A stretch of 64,000 nucleotides of DNA from Octopus vulgaris (GCA_951406725.2 OX597830.1:2232001-2296000), one strand, 5' to 3'; counted from the stretch's first letter, positions 1 to 13,479 are shown. Numbers and translations are program-made. Notes: generated by a model not told the origin, from the letters alone.

Positions 1-2
1 TG

Positions 3-731
3 CAGTTCTCAGGTTACAGCCATAAAGAAAGGATCAGAGTATACAAAGGAGCCATTAAGAAATTTGATCATATATTATGTAATGATAGGAATGGTATTTG
101 CCCACTCTATAGGAACAAGTCATGGAACACTATAGAAAGGACAAAAAAGAAAATAGTTAAGGCCAACTCTTGGTATGATAGCCATAAATACCAGAGTGTC
201 ATGTTCGTTGACACCACCCCTGGAGGTGAACTGGCGTATCGCTTTAGAAGGACCCTAGACAACCTTAAGCTAAGAATTAAGGTTGTTGAAAAGCCAGGCA
301 ACCCTATCAAATCTATAATTGGTAGAATCTATCCTTTTAGTAGAACCCCCTGTACAGATAGGTACTGTACTGTATGTAGATTTAGCCCACAAACAAACTG
401 TAAAGCCAGAAATGTAGTCTATAGTATAAGATGTATAGAGGGACGATGCAGTAACAAGACGACATAAGTAGGGGAAACGGCAAGAAGCATAGGAGAGCGG
501 GTAAATGAGCATTGGAGACAACTCAAAGAAGGTAAAAGCTCATCGATTCTGTACCAACACGCCGAACAAGAACACGGGGGATCAATCAATAACATAGAAA
601 TTAAAATATTATCCACACGTAGATCAGATGCAACAATTAGACAAATTACAGAAGCTACACACATAATAGAAAATAAACCTAGCCTGAATAGGAAACTAGA
701 ATGGAGCACTAACACACACCACAACATATGA
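3..731 (+). mobile_element. Penelope-like element, C-terminal part (RT thumb, Cys linker, GIY-YIG endonuclease), Naiad-like; one in-frame stop; runs off window start
   Basis: Frame 3 reads QFSGYSHKERIRV..GICPLYRNKSW..SVMFVDTTPGGEL..KVVEKPG..PCTDRYCTVC..NCKARNVVYSIRC..T*VGETARSIGERVNEH..EATHIIENKPSLNRK. TAA at 465-467 replaces the Tyr of YVGET. Clade assigned from remembered motifs only. Confidence 0.85.
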
Positions 732-779
732 CGATAGAGGATCCTGAAAACATAATAAATACACAGATAAATAAATAAA

Positions 780-876
<97 letters not shown>

Positions 877-1227
877 TTCGATTCAATTTATTATTATTAT
901 TACTAGTATTGTTGTTATACATACATACATACATGCATACATACATACATACATACATACATACAAGCATATGTAATGATAATAATGGGTCGATGTAAAC
1001 ACATGAACAAAATAAGAATAAACAAAAGCAAAAAGCAAAAAACAAAATACAAATTACATGAACGTATATAAACAGAAGATACAAATATTACAGACATCCC
1101 CCCCCCACACTAAATAAACATAGACGCACATAGAGATATAAGCATGCGCAAATGAAGACATACAATAGAAATACAAAATGGCTGACGGTTAGTAAGGAGA
1201 GACACAAATAAGTGAGAAGAAAACAAA

Positions 1228-1272
1228 GGACCACTGATGCGGTCAAAGGAGTGTGACGAAAGAACTCTGGCC
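1228..1272 (+). ncRNA. Degenerate type I hammerhead ribozyme motif in the PLE 3' region
   Basis: cca-CTGATGC-g-gtca..tgac-GAAA-gaac-TC-tgg. Stem I cca/tgg, stem II gtca/tgac. Core ends in C instead of A; same strand as the upstream PLE ORF. Confidence 0.55.
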
Positions 1273-1380
1273 GAAATAAGATTAATATTAATGTAACAAA
1301 TAAATAACACTGAAGCAAAGTAACACCAAATATATAGTGCGTGTGTTTTTATTGGCTAAACTGGCAAAATGACCATTCCG

Positions 1381-1386
1381 AAATAT

Positions 1387-1461
<75 letters not shown>
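1381..1461. repeat. (TA)n microsatellite
   Basis: Direct reading; further TA-rich tracts at 785-868 and 1637-1850. Confidence 0.95.
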
Positions 1462-1464
<3 letters not shown>

Positions 1465-1937
1465 TATATATAAATATACTTATATATATATATATAAGTT
1501 CAGCAAAAATTTAGATTCACATGAATATGGTACTTAAGTTAAAGGCACAAGTATACTTACAATGTTTAATTAAACGAAGTAGCATGAAACGATTTTACTA
1601 CACTACCTTGGATATCATTGTTGCTTATTTTGTTTGTATATATATATATATTTATATAAATATACATGTATATATATATAAAATTATATAAATATATATA
1701 AATATATAAATATACATATATATATATATATGAATATATATAAATATACACATATATATATAAATATACACATATATATATATATACACATATACATATA
1801 TATATATAAATATACACATATATATCTAAATATACACACACACATATATATGATTTTGATTTTGATTTTTCCAGTTTCAGCTAATGAGCTGTGGCCATGC
1901 TGGGGCACCGCCATTTGGTTTGCTACACGATTTTACC

Positions 1938-2948
1938 TCACGGATGCTTTTTAGTAAACGCCATCTGATGCATGAGATAGTTCGATGCAGCTGCCCTCAT
2001 CTGCACCTCCTGCCGTGAAGTTGGTTCATCCGGGACAACTGACAGGAAGAGATCCAGTCCTACTTTAAAGACATCCGCATCTACACCATGCAGGTCTCTC
2101 AGGTTCTTCGGGAGAATATTGAAGAGCTGTGGGCCTCTGAAGCCCAGGCTATCACAGTATCTTGTCCTACATCTTGATGGCAAATTTGGAGTCCTTGGTA
2201 CTACGCAGTGGCGCCCGGTTCTGGCATTTGTGTGACTCTCGATGCCAAAGTTTGGGACAAGTCCTTCCAGGATCTTCCAGATATATATTATGGCATATCT
2301 TTCTCGCCTACGCTCCAGGGAATAGAGCTTTAATCTCTTGAGTCTTTCCCAGTAGCTTATATGCTGCACAGAGGCTATCTTCTTCGTGTAGCTTCGTTGG
2401 ATCGCCTCAAGTTCTGTGATCAACTTGACACTGGATGGTGACCATAGCTGAGAGCAGTAGTCAAAGTGGCTTAGGACAAGTGTCTTCCAGAGGACCATCA
2501 TGGTTTCTTGTTCTCTTGTTCTAAAGGTTCTAAGAATCCATCCGGCCAGCCGTCTACATTTCATTGCCAGTTTAGCAACATGTACATGAAAGGTCGCGTC
2601 ATCACTCATGTGAATACCCAGGTCACGCACTGATTGTGCCTCTGGGATTGCAATCCCTCCGGGTCCAATGTATTCAATGGGTATTGCATTCAGTTTTGCA
2701 TGCTGATAGCATAAAGCCTGAAACTTTTCAGCATTGAACTGCATGCTATTCTTTTCAGCCCACTTGTATATTTTGTCCAGCTCATATTGCAGGTGCTTAG
2801 TGTCTTCAGGGGTCTGTATTGCCTGTGAAACTTTTGTATCATCTGCATAACTTGTGATCGTGGCTCTCTGCGTGGCTGAGGGCATGTCTGAGAGGGCCAT
2901 TATGAACAGTAGTGGTCCCAAAACAGTGCCCTGCGGAACACCGCTCAC
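1938..2948 (-). pseudogene. LINE ORF2 fragment: RT core and C-terminus
   Basis: 336 aa ORF with GVPQGTVLGP, YADD, SLERRR. Confidence 0.9.
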
Positions 2949-3139
2949 TATTTGACTACTACCACCTGACTTCTATTCTTCAGAAAGTCATGGAGCCATT
3001 CTCCCAATTATCCAACTATGCCAAGATCACGCAGTTTGTGACATATCATTCCATGATCGACTTTATCAAAGGCCTTTGCAAAGTCGAGATATATCACTTC
3101 CACATTTGAGTGGTTGAGCAGTCGTTTCAGCACCCAGTC

Positions 3140-4666
3140 TTAGTGTTGTAGGAGCTGAGTTAAGCAGCTTCTTCCTGGTCGGAAACCATGTTGGGTGTCA
3201 GGCAGCACGTCATTTTCTTCAAGGAAGGTGATTAGTTTCCTTCTGACTATTCGTTCCATGACCTTGCTGATGTGTGAGGTCAGAGAGATAGGTATGTAGC
3301 TCTTGGCCTCCGCTCTGCTACCTCCTTTATGAATAGGGCATATTTTACCTTCCTTCAGATTTCTTGGAAGTTTGCCAGTTGCAAGGAAGCTCTGAAAGAG
3401 AGACTGCAGTGGTCTTGCTAGAACTCTCTTACATACTTTTAGAAGGATTGCCGGGAATCCATCGGGGCCAGTAGCTGAGTTTGTTTTCATCTCATCTATA
3501 GCCTTTATTACATCGTCTTCCTTTATATTGATGTAATCAATCATCGCCGCCTCTGACCCCATATCTGCAGTGGTGAAGAAGTCAGTTGGATTGCTGATTT
3601 GGAAATACCCAAAGGGTGGGGTGAAAACACTCTTGAATTGCTCATTTAGTTTTTCACTTACCCTCATTGGATTTCCTGTGAGTGTGCCATCCCTTTCAAG
3701 GAGTGGCCCTATTCTACAGTGCACCGTAGCTGTTTCTTTGGCATACCTGTAGAAAGCTCTGGGGTTAGATTTTATGTTGTCTATAGCCCAGGGTTCTTTG
3801 TCTGCTCTTTCTTTTTCATGGGAGAGTTGCAGACATTTTTCAATTTCCAACAGTTTCATTTTCAGGCGGGACTTTTCACTGCTTTCAATTTGTTTGTTTA
3901 GGCGATTTGAGATTTTTGTACGCCGTCTCATTAGAATTTTCCTCTCTCTGGGGATTTTATTCTTGTGTATAGTGGCCTTTCTCTCTGGGACACATTTGTA
4001 GCATATGGCTTGCATTACAGACATGAATTGTTGAAGTTTCATGTCGATGTCTGGCGAGGAGAGACATTCAGGCCCGTTTTGTTTGAGGATCTCTTTCCCA
4101 ATTTGTTTCCAGTTTGCCTTATTGAAGTTCAAGCTGGAAAGATTCTGAGAGTTTCTTGTAGGCTGCATGTCCATGCTTTCCTTTGGCCCGAACATAGTCA
4201 GCTCTACCATGTTGTGATCCGAGAGTAGTGTCGGTGTCACTTTCACATTATGGATGAGATCCATATTATTTGTGAAGCAGAGATCCAGTGTGTTACCTGC
4301 CATGGTTGGTTGGAGTATTACTTGCTCCATGTACAGGGTGTTGATGAGGTTCAGGAGGGACCTCGCATGTCCTCGTTCACATCTTGTCATTCCTGGGAGA
4401 GAAAGGCCCTCGGGCCATCTGACATTGGGTAGATTGAAGTCTCCCATGAGAAGTACACTTATGTGCTGTTCTAGTGTGACTAGAACTTCTTCTATTTTTA
4501 TAAGGCAGTCTTCAAACTTGCCCATATGGCTTGGGGCATCTGGAGGGCGATATGTAGCACACACAACTACACCAAGTTGCCTTACATGTACAATTAGTGT
4601 GTCACACACCGAATTTGAGTATGACAAAAGGACCTGGGGTGTGAGGTCCTCACGGATGTACATAGC
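3140..4666 (-). pseudogene. LINE ORF2 fragment: APE endonuclease and N-terminal RT
   Basis: ORF track 3140..4756; its first ~30 codons are TA-repeat readthrough. Confidence 0.88.
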
Positions 4667-4700
4667 ATATATATGAGTGTATATATACACATATACACTC

Positions 4701-4733
<33 letters not shown>

Positions 4734-5699
4734 TATACATATATATAAATATACATATATATATATAATTTACTTCAAACATGTGATCTTCATGAGAGAA
4801 TGTTCAAATTTTCCAATATATTTTATCCTTTTGCATCATAGGAAGGACTTCTATAAATTTGTCTTTAAATTTGAGAAACTCTTTCTATTTTCACGATATA
4901 TTTTATATACCTGATATTTCCTTGATCCCATCCCCTTTTTTATACATTATACCAATTTTTCCCATTATTTTCTAACTTAATGATATTTTTTCTCTGTAGC
5001 TTCTCGATTTGCTTATTGATTGATTTCTTTTCCATATTTTCTAAATGGTTTTCTTTAATAAGATTTTAAGAAGAGTAAAAAAAAAAAAAAGAGGATAATC
5101 TGGAGAAAGTGAGTAAGGAAGATTTTGCATAAAACAAGTAAGTGTGGAGTTAGGTTAGCAATTATTTGGAGTATCAAATTATGGAGAAGTTGAGAGTATC
5201 AGCTAAAATATTCCAAAAATAAAGAATGCAGGAGAATGTTGCTTCTCTTTGACTTTCATCATTTTAAACTCAATTCTATTATTGTTTGATTTTGTTGTTG
5301 TTGTGTGCACGTGAAGTCGATTGTTTGCTATGCCACACTGACAAATACAAGACGATTACCAAATATCTATTATAAATGTTTGATAAAGTCCACCCCAGAA
5401 ATCACACTCTCCCAACTTTTTAACAACATCATTACAATACAATCTAAACTGATTCATTTGCAATTCTTTCTCTCTATTTCTAACATTTCATGGAGGAGAA
5501 GCATTTTTTGGTTCCAGTGAAATGATTTCCATAAATGACTCAACTGTCTCAGATGCAAATCTTAAGAATCACTAAAGCAGCTGATAGTTTTGTTCCTGTG
5601 ATACTAATGTTCATGGCTATGTGTTCCCTTGTATCCTTTTTTATAAGGGTTTAAGACCAATTCCTAGTAAATCTCACCCTTTTATTCACTTCATGAAAT

Positions 5700-6320
5700 G
5701 CTTATTAAGAAAGGGATTCATAGGTGTCAGACTTTTGAGCCTCCACTCTCCCCATGGCTACCACAAAAACATCGTTTGATCAGCTCTTCACAAAATTATT
5801 AATTTCTGCTACTTTCTTGGTATCTATTCATTTTGGGAAATTGAAAATCTCATAAGTTCTATTTCCTACAATAGATTCTTCAACAATTTATATCTAAAGA
5901 TATGGAACCAGCCCACCATCAGATTCCACTTCCCAGTCAAGATAACAGACATTGATGGATGTTCATTCTTCATAATAATGTTACCCTTTGGTGTGACTAA
6001 TGCTGTAAGTGATTTTCAAAGAGTGTTGAACAGAAGAATTACCAAGAATGACATCAAAGGAGTCCATGCCTCTCGTTGAAGTTATTGTCATTGACAAAAT
6101 GAGGAACACAACAAGAACTTGGCTTGATTTATTTCATCATGCTGAGAATCAACAATGACAAATATCTTCTCTTCCATCAAATCTCCATTCGTTACCTGGG
6201 ATACAATGTATAATTTCATTCTCTGCACCCTGAGTCAAAGACACTGAACCTCTGCCTTCATTATTCTACAACTAACAATACAAACTACTGCAACGTCTTT
6301 TGTTTGGTCTCTTCGTAAAT
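5700..6320 (+). pseudogene. Highly degenerate Ty3/gypsy RT remnant
   Basis: Scattered motifs HQIPL (~5916), MLPFGVTNAVSDFQRVLN (~5978-6031), RYLGY (~6190); many stops and indels. Confidence 0.6.
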
Positions 6321-6429
6321 GGTCTTCTTTGGTTGGAACTAATTCAGCTGTTATTGAATCCATATTTTCCATCGCACAAAAAAGACAATTTTGTGATATT
6401 CCTCTGCTTAAAACTTCAGCATCTAAAAC

Positions 6430-6582
6430 AGAGAAGTATTATCTTGGTTGGAAACAGGTGAGGGTTAGTGACGGGAAAGGCATTCAGTCCCAGAAAATCT
6501 GCCTGGACATATTCTGACTGATCCATGCAAGCATGACAACGATGTTGTTGTGGTTAGTGCTGTTGATGATGATGATGATGAT
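6430..6582 (+). mobile_element. SINE fragment, family B (GAAGGGCATCCAGC body, (GAT)n tail)
   Basis: GGGAAAGGCATTCAGTCCCAGAAA..CCATGCAAGCATG..(GAT)n, similar to copies at 8.5, 15, 26 and 42 kb. Confidence 0.55.
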
Positions 6583-6586
6583 AATG

Positions 6587-6816
6587 GCCGCGACTGGCAG
6601 AAACGTTAGCACACCGGGCAAAATGCGTAGCCGTATTTCGTCTGCCGTTATGTTCTGAGTTCAAATTCCGCCAAGGTCGACTTTGCCTTTCAACCTTTCA
6701 GGGTCGATAAATTAAGTACCAGTTACGTACTGGGGCCGATGTAAACAACTTAATCCATTTGTCTGTCCTTGTTTGTCCTCTCTGTCTTTAGCCCCTTGTG
6801 GGTAGTAAAGAAATAG
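6587..6816 (+). mobile_element. tRNA-derived SINE, family A, with Tx1-like 3' tail
   Basis: A-box-like TGGCAGAAACGTTAG, B-box GAGTTCAAATTCC, core GTCGACTTTGCCTTT..GGGTCGATAAATTAAGTACCAG, tail TTTAGCCCCTTGTGGGTAGTAAAGAAAT. Confidence 0.85.
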
Positions 6817-8419
6817 GTGGTGGTGGTGGTGGTGGTGGTTGATGATGATGGCAACGATGATGGTGGTGGTGGTGGTGGTGGTGGTGGTGGTGGTGGCGAC
6901 AACGGCTACGTTGTAAATGTTGCTGCTGCTGCTGCTGCTGCTGTTGATGATGAACTCAAAATGATACTGTGGAGACAGGAGAAAAATAATGGAGGCTGGA
7001 ATCAAATTGTTTGCATTTCCACTTGTAGCCATTTACACACCTGACAAGTTGAAGGAAGAAGAAGATCAATATTGGTGGTCACTAAGAGAATGACCCAACT
7101 GACCACTAGATGTTAAACAACTGGTTTATATTTGTGAAATCAGTGTAAGATATAAATACTTAGAAGCAACAGGCCTTGCAACAAATGAAAACAAACAAAA
7201 TAATAAGATGGAAATATTTCTGACTGCAAGTGATTCTCATGTAATCGTTATCCATTCCAATATTCAGCACCAAAATCTTTGGCATCTCTTCGGAAACCAT
7301 GATTTGGGACAATAGAATATTAATGTGCTCTGGCCTTTTAAATCATATAAGACTGGCGAGAGATTTGAACCATGAAGCCATAAATTCGTCCTGGCTCTGC
7401 ATCATATCCGTTCACCACCTCACTCCACTGATTTCTTAGGTGTGTGTGTGTGTGTGTGTGTGTGTGCATGCATTTATATAGGGAGATAGAGATAGATAAA
7501 TAGATTAACTGATATCTGTGTGTAGATATATACATATACATACACACATACATGTACATGTGCATATGTATATGTGCATTACACATATAGGTGAATGTCA
7601 GCGTATGCATACTATGATATGAATGTGTGTGTATGTGTTTGTGCTTAATGAAGTATTACGATTTCATTTGGAACTTACCATTATTGTACTGCTGGAACAG
7701 AGCAGAAAATGTTGTTAGAGGAAAATTTCTTTTGGCAATCTTTAATGGCAGTTAAAAATCCTGTATTTTAATTATATTTAGTGATTGACTTTTAACCCTG
7801 TTTTTCTTTATCTTCTTCAGTTTTCTTTCAGGAATTATTTAAGATGACTGAATTGACATAAAGAACACTCCAAGACTTTGAAACGAATTTCTGATCTCAA
7901 TTACCATGGTGAAAGCAGTGAAACGACCAACTGGTAATGACCGGAAATAATCCAGCAATGAAGGACGGAATCTTTCAGTTTGGTCAGAAACAAAAGCAGA
8001 GTGGAAGCAATAAATAAATGGTAAACATATAAACAGCAGTTAATTCAAAGAATTATTAGATTTAAGAGATATATCATGCAATTCTTGCTCCATCCTCATC
8101 CACCACTACAACCACACATTTGACAAATGCTTGATTCTTTCCTATGCAAACATGAATGTTTCTTCATGTAAATAATGGTTTCTCTCAGAAGTATATAAGT
8201 GCCATATAAAACAGTTTCTGAAAGATGGCAATTGTAGGCATCGGGTTAATGGAACTGACCTCCAAACATAGTTTCTGCTGATTATTTTTATCAACAATGA
8301 CGAGGCTGAAGAAAACAACAGGAAATTAACACCAGAATCTGAACAAAGGAAAAGGAAGGGAAACTGATATTGTGTTTAGGGAGGGTCATTGTGATAATAT
8401 TAACACACGCACTGGGTGT

Positions 8420-8642
8420 GTTCAATGCCAGTACTGTCTGACTGGCCCTCGTGCCAGTGGCATTCAAAAAGCACCAACTACACTCTCAGAGTGGTTGGCA
8501 TTAAGAAGGGCATTTAGCTGTAGAAACTTTGCCAGATCAGATTGGAGCCTGGTGCAGCCTTCTGGCTTGCCAGGCCTCAGTCAAACCGCCCAACCCATGC
8601 CAGCATGGAAAGCAGACATTAAACGACGATGATGATGATGAC
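8420..8642 (+). mobile_element. SINE family B (probable RTE-type tail) ending in (GAT)n
   Basis: TGGTTGGCATTAAGAAGGGCATTTAGCTGTAGAAAC..CAACCCATGCCAGCATGGAAAGCAGACATTAAACGACGATGATG; multi-copy in the window. Confidence 0.8.
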
Positions 8643-9117
8643 TGGTTCAATTCCACTCCTGTTGTTGGACAATTATGTCTTTGTTGTTTATATTCATTTC
8701 TGGGATCAAAAAGAAAACTACAAAGTTTTTGGCCTGCTAGAAACAGTAGTCAAACCTTCCTCAAATTATGGTATACAGTCTAAACAGTTAAACCTACACT
8801 GAACAATGTAGTGGTTATCATAATAGACAGGACAGCCATAGCTGGAGAGCTTTTAAAACCAAGATCTCTGCCCAGCCTGGCAGACTCAAGGCTATAACAA
8901 TAGCAACAACAACAACCTATTTGATTGTAAATATTGGAAGTCTATGCTTTGCTTGTCCAAGAAGATTCCACTATTAAAGTAATGTCACCCTTCTTTAATG
9001 GTAGGGATCTGAGTTCAAATTCAACTGAGGCAATGCTGTATGTCATCATACAAGAAACTAAATTCAATGATAGCACGTCTCTATAGTTGTTTGATTTGCT
9101 AGAAATAACAGCTTAAG

Positions 9118-9168
9118 CTTACTAAAATCACACACTTCTTACTAAAATCACACACTTCTTACTAAAAT
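9118..9168. repeat. 20-bp tandem repeat (CTTACTAAAATCACACACTT, about 2.5 copies)
   Basis: Direct reading. Confidence 0.85.
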
Positions 9169-10004
9169 GCAGAGCACATTAGATAATGTAGTCCTTGGTG
9201 GATTATGTCTGCAAAACATGATGGGATCATAATAAAATTAAGTTTTAAACCCTAATAGAATTTTAACAGCAGAAGAAAAATAAAACTTCATCTGAACAGG
9301 ACACTAAAATATTACAGGCAAATTTATTCATCATCATCATCGTCGTCATCATCATCGTCATCATCATTATCATCATCATCATCATCATTGTCATCATCAT
9401 CCAATGGTCTGATATATATTTCTCATGATATAGGTGGACTGTGGCAAAACAGAGTTAATGGCTATCATTGTGTGCTGTGTGTACATCTACTTGTTTGTTA
9501 CTTCTGAAATGTCACAAAGAATTTAAGCTCTAATATTAATAACAAGAGTTTCTGTCTGTCTGTCTTCTTACATAAAACTCCCTTCCACTTTACTGTTGCC
9601 GCCCCACTCCTACCCCAGTCCTTAGGGATTTCAATCTTATGATGCTCAGTAACCTCACTAGTGTTGGTGCAATGAAACAGTACATTCTGGGTGGCTATTC
9701 AAAAAGTTGCCTGGCTTTATGACCATTTCAAAGCAGACATTTGAGCCGAATACAGTCTCTGGACATGTGTGATCTGGTCAAACCATGCAAACATGGATAG
9801 TGGACATTAAAAAACAGGAGGAAATATATTGCATTATTGGTATAGATTACAGGCAGAAGAGGCCTGCATGACCTTTGCTGCACTTTGACTCCTGTTGCTT
9901 TCCAAACAAATACACTTTGACCACCAACAGACACATCAAATAGGGTTTTTATGTATTTAAATTACATGCTTTCTATAAAAGGCAAAAAAGTAAAATGATG
10001 TATT

Positions 10005-10514
10005 TTAATCCTTTACCATTTCAACTGGCTGTCTCCAGTTCATATAATCCATCTTGTTTTATGTTCAGACGGGTCAGATCCAGCCTCTCACACCAAATAA
10101 ATAATTCTATCATCAAAATCTCAAAGAAAAACCATGACTATTTCAAGACAGTCTGAATGAATAATCGTTACACTTGACAGGACAATGTACATGGCTCAGT
10201 GGTTAGGATGTTCACCTTGTGAATGTAAGGTTGTCAGTTCAATACCTGGTGGTACGCTGCGTCCTTGAGCAAGACACTTTTTTTTTCATGTTGCTCCAGT
10301 CCACTCAGCTAGCAACTTCAAGTTGCACCTGTAATTCAAAAGGGCCAGCCTCATCACATTCTGGGAACTATGTGAAGGGGAGTGTGGAGCATTCAGTCAC
10401 TTGAATGCTAATTCCATGAGCAGGCTATTCCATCGATCAAATCAATTGGATCATTTGTTGTAACTGATGCAGAGCCAGTTAACACTCAGTAATCCATGAA
10501 TGCAAAGGTGTTAA
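10005..10514 (-). mobile_element. TTAA-bounded (piggyBac-like) MITE with a nested tRNA-SINE (~10190-10480, +)
   Basis: TTAATCCTTTACCATT ... AATGCAAAGGTGTTAA; body is the reverse complement of the copies at 38571 and 61053. Nested SINE head TGGCTCAGTGGTTAG..GTTCAATACC..GTCCTTGAGCAAGACACT. Confidence 0.6.
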
Positions 10515-11125
10515 GAAATAAATACATGTATTATATCAACCCTCAATAACAATAATGTGAAGGTGAGAGCATCAGGCTCACATACCCAATAGCAAAATCA
10601 ATGAAGAGGGTTCAATTCTCAGTGCAAGCATGAACCCCATCACAGCCCATTTTGCAAGAGCAAAAATACGATGCTTTTTTTTTCCTGTGCATGAAATGAA
10701 TTATCTCAAGTTATCTTTTAAATTCATCAAAAGTGAAATCATAAAGATGCGACTCAGTTTCATTACAACAGAAAATGATCAAATATAACAAAAAATAGAA
10801 AAGTTAAAAACACGAAAAAATTTTATCACAGAAGATTATTTTATGGAAATTATAAGAAGTGAAGAAGATATTGCAGAGTTACTCGGGATTCTCTGTTTAT
10901 GTAATTCAATAAAGTTTTGCAAAGAAATATCTTTAAAGATTAAATTCTTTTTAACAATTTGAGGATAAAAACCTCAGGGTTATACTGAAATTAAACTTGA
11001 TAAAATATAACATTTATATAAAAATATATACAAATATATGCATGTATGTATGTATGTATGTATGTATGTATATATATATATACATGTTTATATACATGTA
11101 TATATACATAAATACACACACACAC

Positions 11126-11175
<50 letters not shown>

Positions 11176-12267
11176 CTGTAAATATATACACTCGTTCACA
11201 CATCTGCATATATATATGCATATATTTTTATGCTATCATACAATCACATATACACGTGTAATAAATCTGCATATTAAAAAGCCATTTTATGCTTATTCTT
11301 TTTTTTACATATTTTCAAAATTCTGTCGCCAAATATTCTTGAAATGGGCTCCAAAATGTTTGAGAAATAATATAGAAATAATCTAATATTTATTAAATTT
11401 ATCTTTGATGAAAGACAGTCAAGTTCATTGGTTGATGTAATTTGTAGGTATTAAAGAGAAGCTTGGAATATAGATTTTTATAAAATGATGATGATGATGA
11501 TGAGGCAGAGGAGGAAGAAGAAGAAGAAAAAGAACAATAACAACAAGTGTCGTGAATAAGAACTGACTTGAACCTTAAAGATCCATCCAACACTTGGCAC
11601 CATGGAAAGCACATGTAAGATGATGATGATGATGATGATGAGAAAGACAACAAAAACGATTTGGAGAAGTATGAGGAGAGAAAAAGAAAGGATATGAGGT
11701 GGAGAAGCAAGATGATATCCTCACACACACACACATATAATAAGTTAATAAATAAAACATATGCATATATACATACATATATGTACGTACTTACATCTAT
11801 ATGTATATATACATGCATATATGGGTACAGGAGACCAAAAAAACGTCGAACCCAATGAGAAACGAAAACATAAACACAAAACCAAGGAAATGAACATTTT
11901 TCTTAAACAACGAAAAAATAGAGTACAGGACATACAAAACAAGGAGAATTCCCCTTCTTCAGTCGTCTTTGTTTCATCTACTCCACGTTTCGAAGGTAAA
12001 GGTGAGACATGACTTTAATGAAACAATCCTTCCCGCGAAAATCAAATTAAATAAAATTTGAGATTTTTTTGCCGAGGAGTAAAAGTAGAGGTAGGGATGT
12101 ACATATATATGTATGTATATATGCATATGTTTTATTTATTTATTAATTTATTATATGACAGAACGCACACATCCATTTCTAAGTAAGATTGTTCTTAATA
12201 TATATATATATATATGCATACAGATTTAAATGCATGCATATATACATTTGCAGAGATAAATAGCCAG

Positions 12268-12303
12268 ATTGATAGACAGACTGACAGACAGATAGTTAGA
12301 TAA

Positions 12304-12377
<74 letters not shown>

Positions 12378-12486
12378 GGATAGATGGACAGACAGACAGA
12401 CAGATAGGTAGACAGACAGACTGACAGATAGATAGGTAGACAAATAGAAAGACAGACAGACAGATAGGCAGACAGACAGATAGACT

Positions 12487-12567
<81 letters not shown>
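12268..12567. repeat. (GATA)n/(GACA)n microsatellite
   Basis: Direct reading. Confidence 0.95.
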
Positions 12568-13479
12568 TGAAATAGTGATAGATATGGATGTACATGCACG
12601 TAAATAGATAGATAGATAGAGAGTTAGTTAGGCAGATGGCTATATTGATAGATACGTTGTGATGAAAGTTCAATTTTATCAATACTCCTAGATAGACTGA
12701 TTGTGAAAGAAAGAAAGAAAGAAAGAAAGAAAAAAGTGGTGATATCCATGTTCTGGAATGTCTTTCATTATTGATCAGGTTGATAAATTTTTGACCAGGG
12801 GCAAAGCAGACACGAATGACGAAGACAACAACAACATCAATGCTCATAACAGCTTCTCCACCACCACCACCACCACCACCACCACCACCACAAACAACAG
12901 CTGCAACAACAACAGTGACTTCTTTCCATCTAAAGAACCTTTTCTTGAAGATGAATAAATGTTGCTTCTTCGTTTCATTTCCTGGAGTCTATAGAAAGAG
13001 CCGGAAGTCTAACCAAACTTTCTTTACCATTGAGAGAGGAAAACTTAGCAATGTTCGTTACCAATTTCCATTAAATTAACGAATAATTAGGAAGAAGGAA
13101 TACTGTCTCAGCTTTAAACATCTTACACTCTCCAACACTGTATTTGTGCTTTTAACAAACTATGCACACACACACACACACACACAAGTGTAAATTTATA
13201 TATATGCATACACATTTACACATACATGCATTACCATACAACCACTAACGCAATTTGGAGAAGTATTAATTCACGTTCACACACTGAGACATACACACAC
13301 ACACTGACACATTACACCTGCATATGCATTCACACATATATACATATAAACAATTCCTCTTTTGTAGTTACACATACATACATTTTCGTATCCTATAAAA
13401 TATATATCCATACATGTATATACACCCAAGCAAATACAGGCGTATACATATATACACATTCAAATCATCTTCCTTATTT

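Larger units (their letters stand above)
1852..4666 (-). mobile_element. 5'-truncated CR1/L2-group LINE (APE endonuclease + RT), disrupted
   Basis: APE motifs YRPP, MGDFNLP, TLDLCFTN, SDHN; RT motifs PISLTS, QHGFRPGRSC, YLDFAKAFDKVDH, GVPQGTVLGPLLF, YADD, RDLGI. Stops and a deletion at 2950-3140. 3' UTR ends in GGCGGTGCCCCAGCATGGCCACAG..CTGAAAC then (AAAATC)n. Confidence 0.92.

Noticed and set aside
3-731. Selenoprotein-type Naiad (UGA recoding)
   Set aside because: Cys positions use TGT/TGC; the only internal stop is TAA at a Tyr position; no SECIS recognised.
6587-6680. tRNA genes at SINE heads (also 10190, 58855, 60384)
   Set aside because: A/B boxes only; no full cloverleaf; they continue into SINE bodies.
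11941-11996. Possible permuted hammerhead on the minus strand (GAAA-cgt ... CTGAAGA-agggg)
   Set aside because: Core boxes are present but the cleavage triplet is GUG and no stem I can be drawn.
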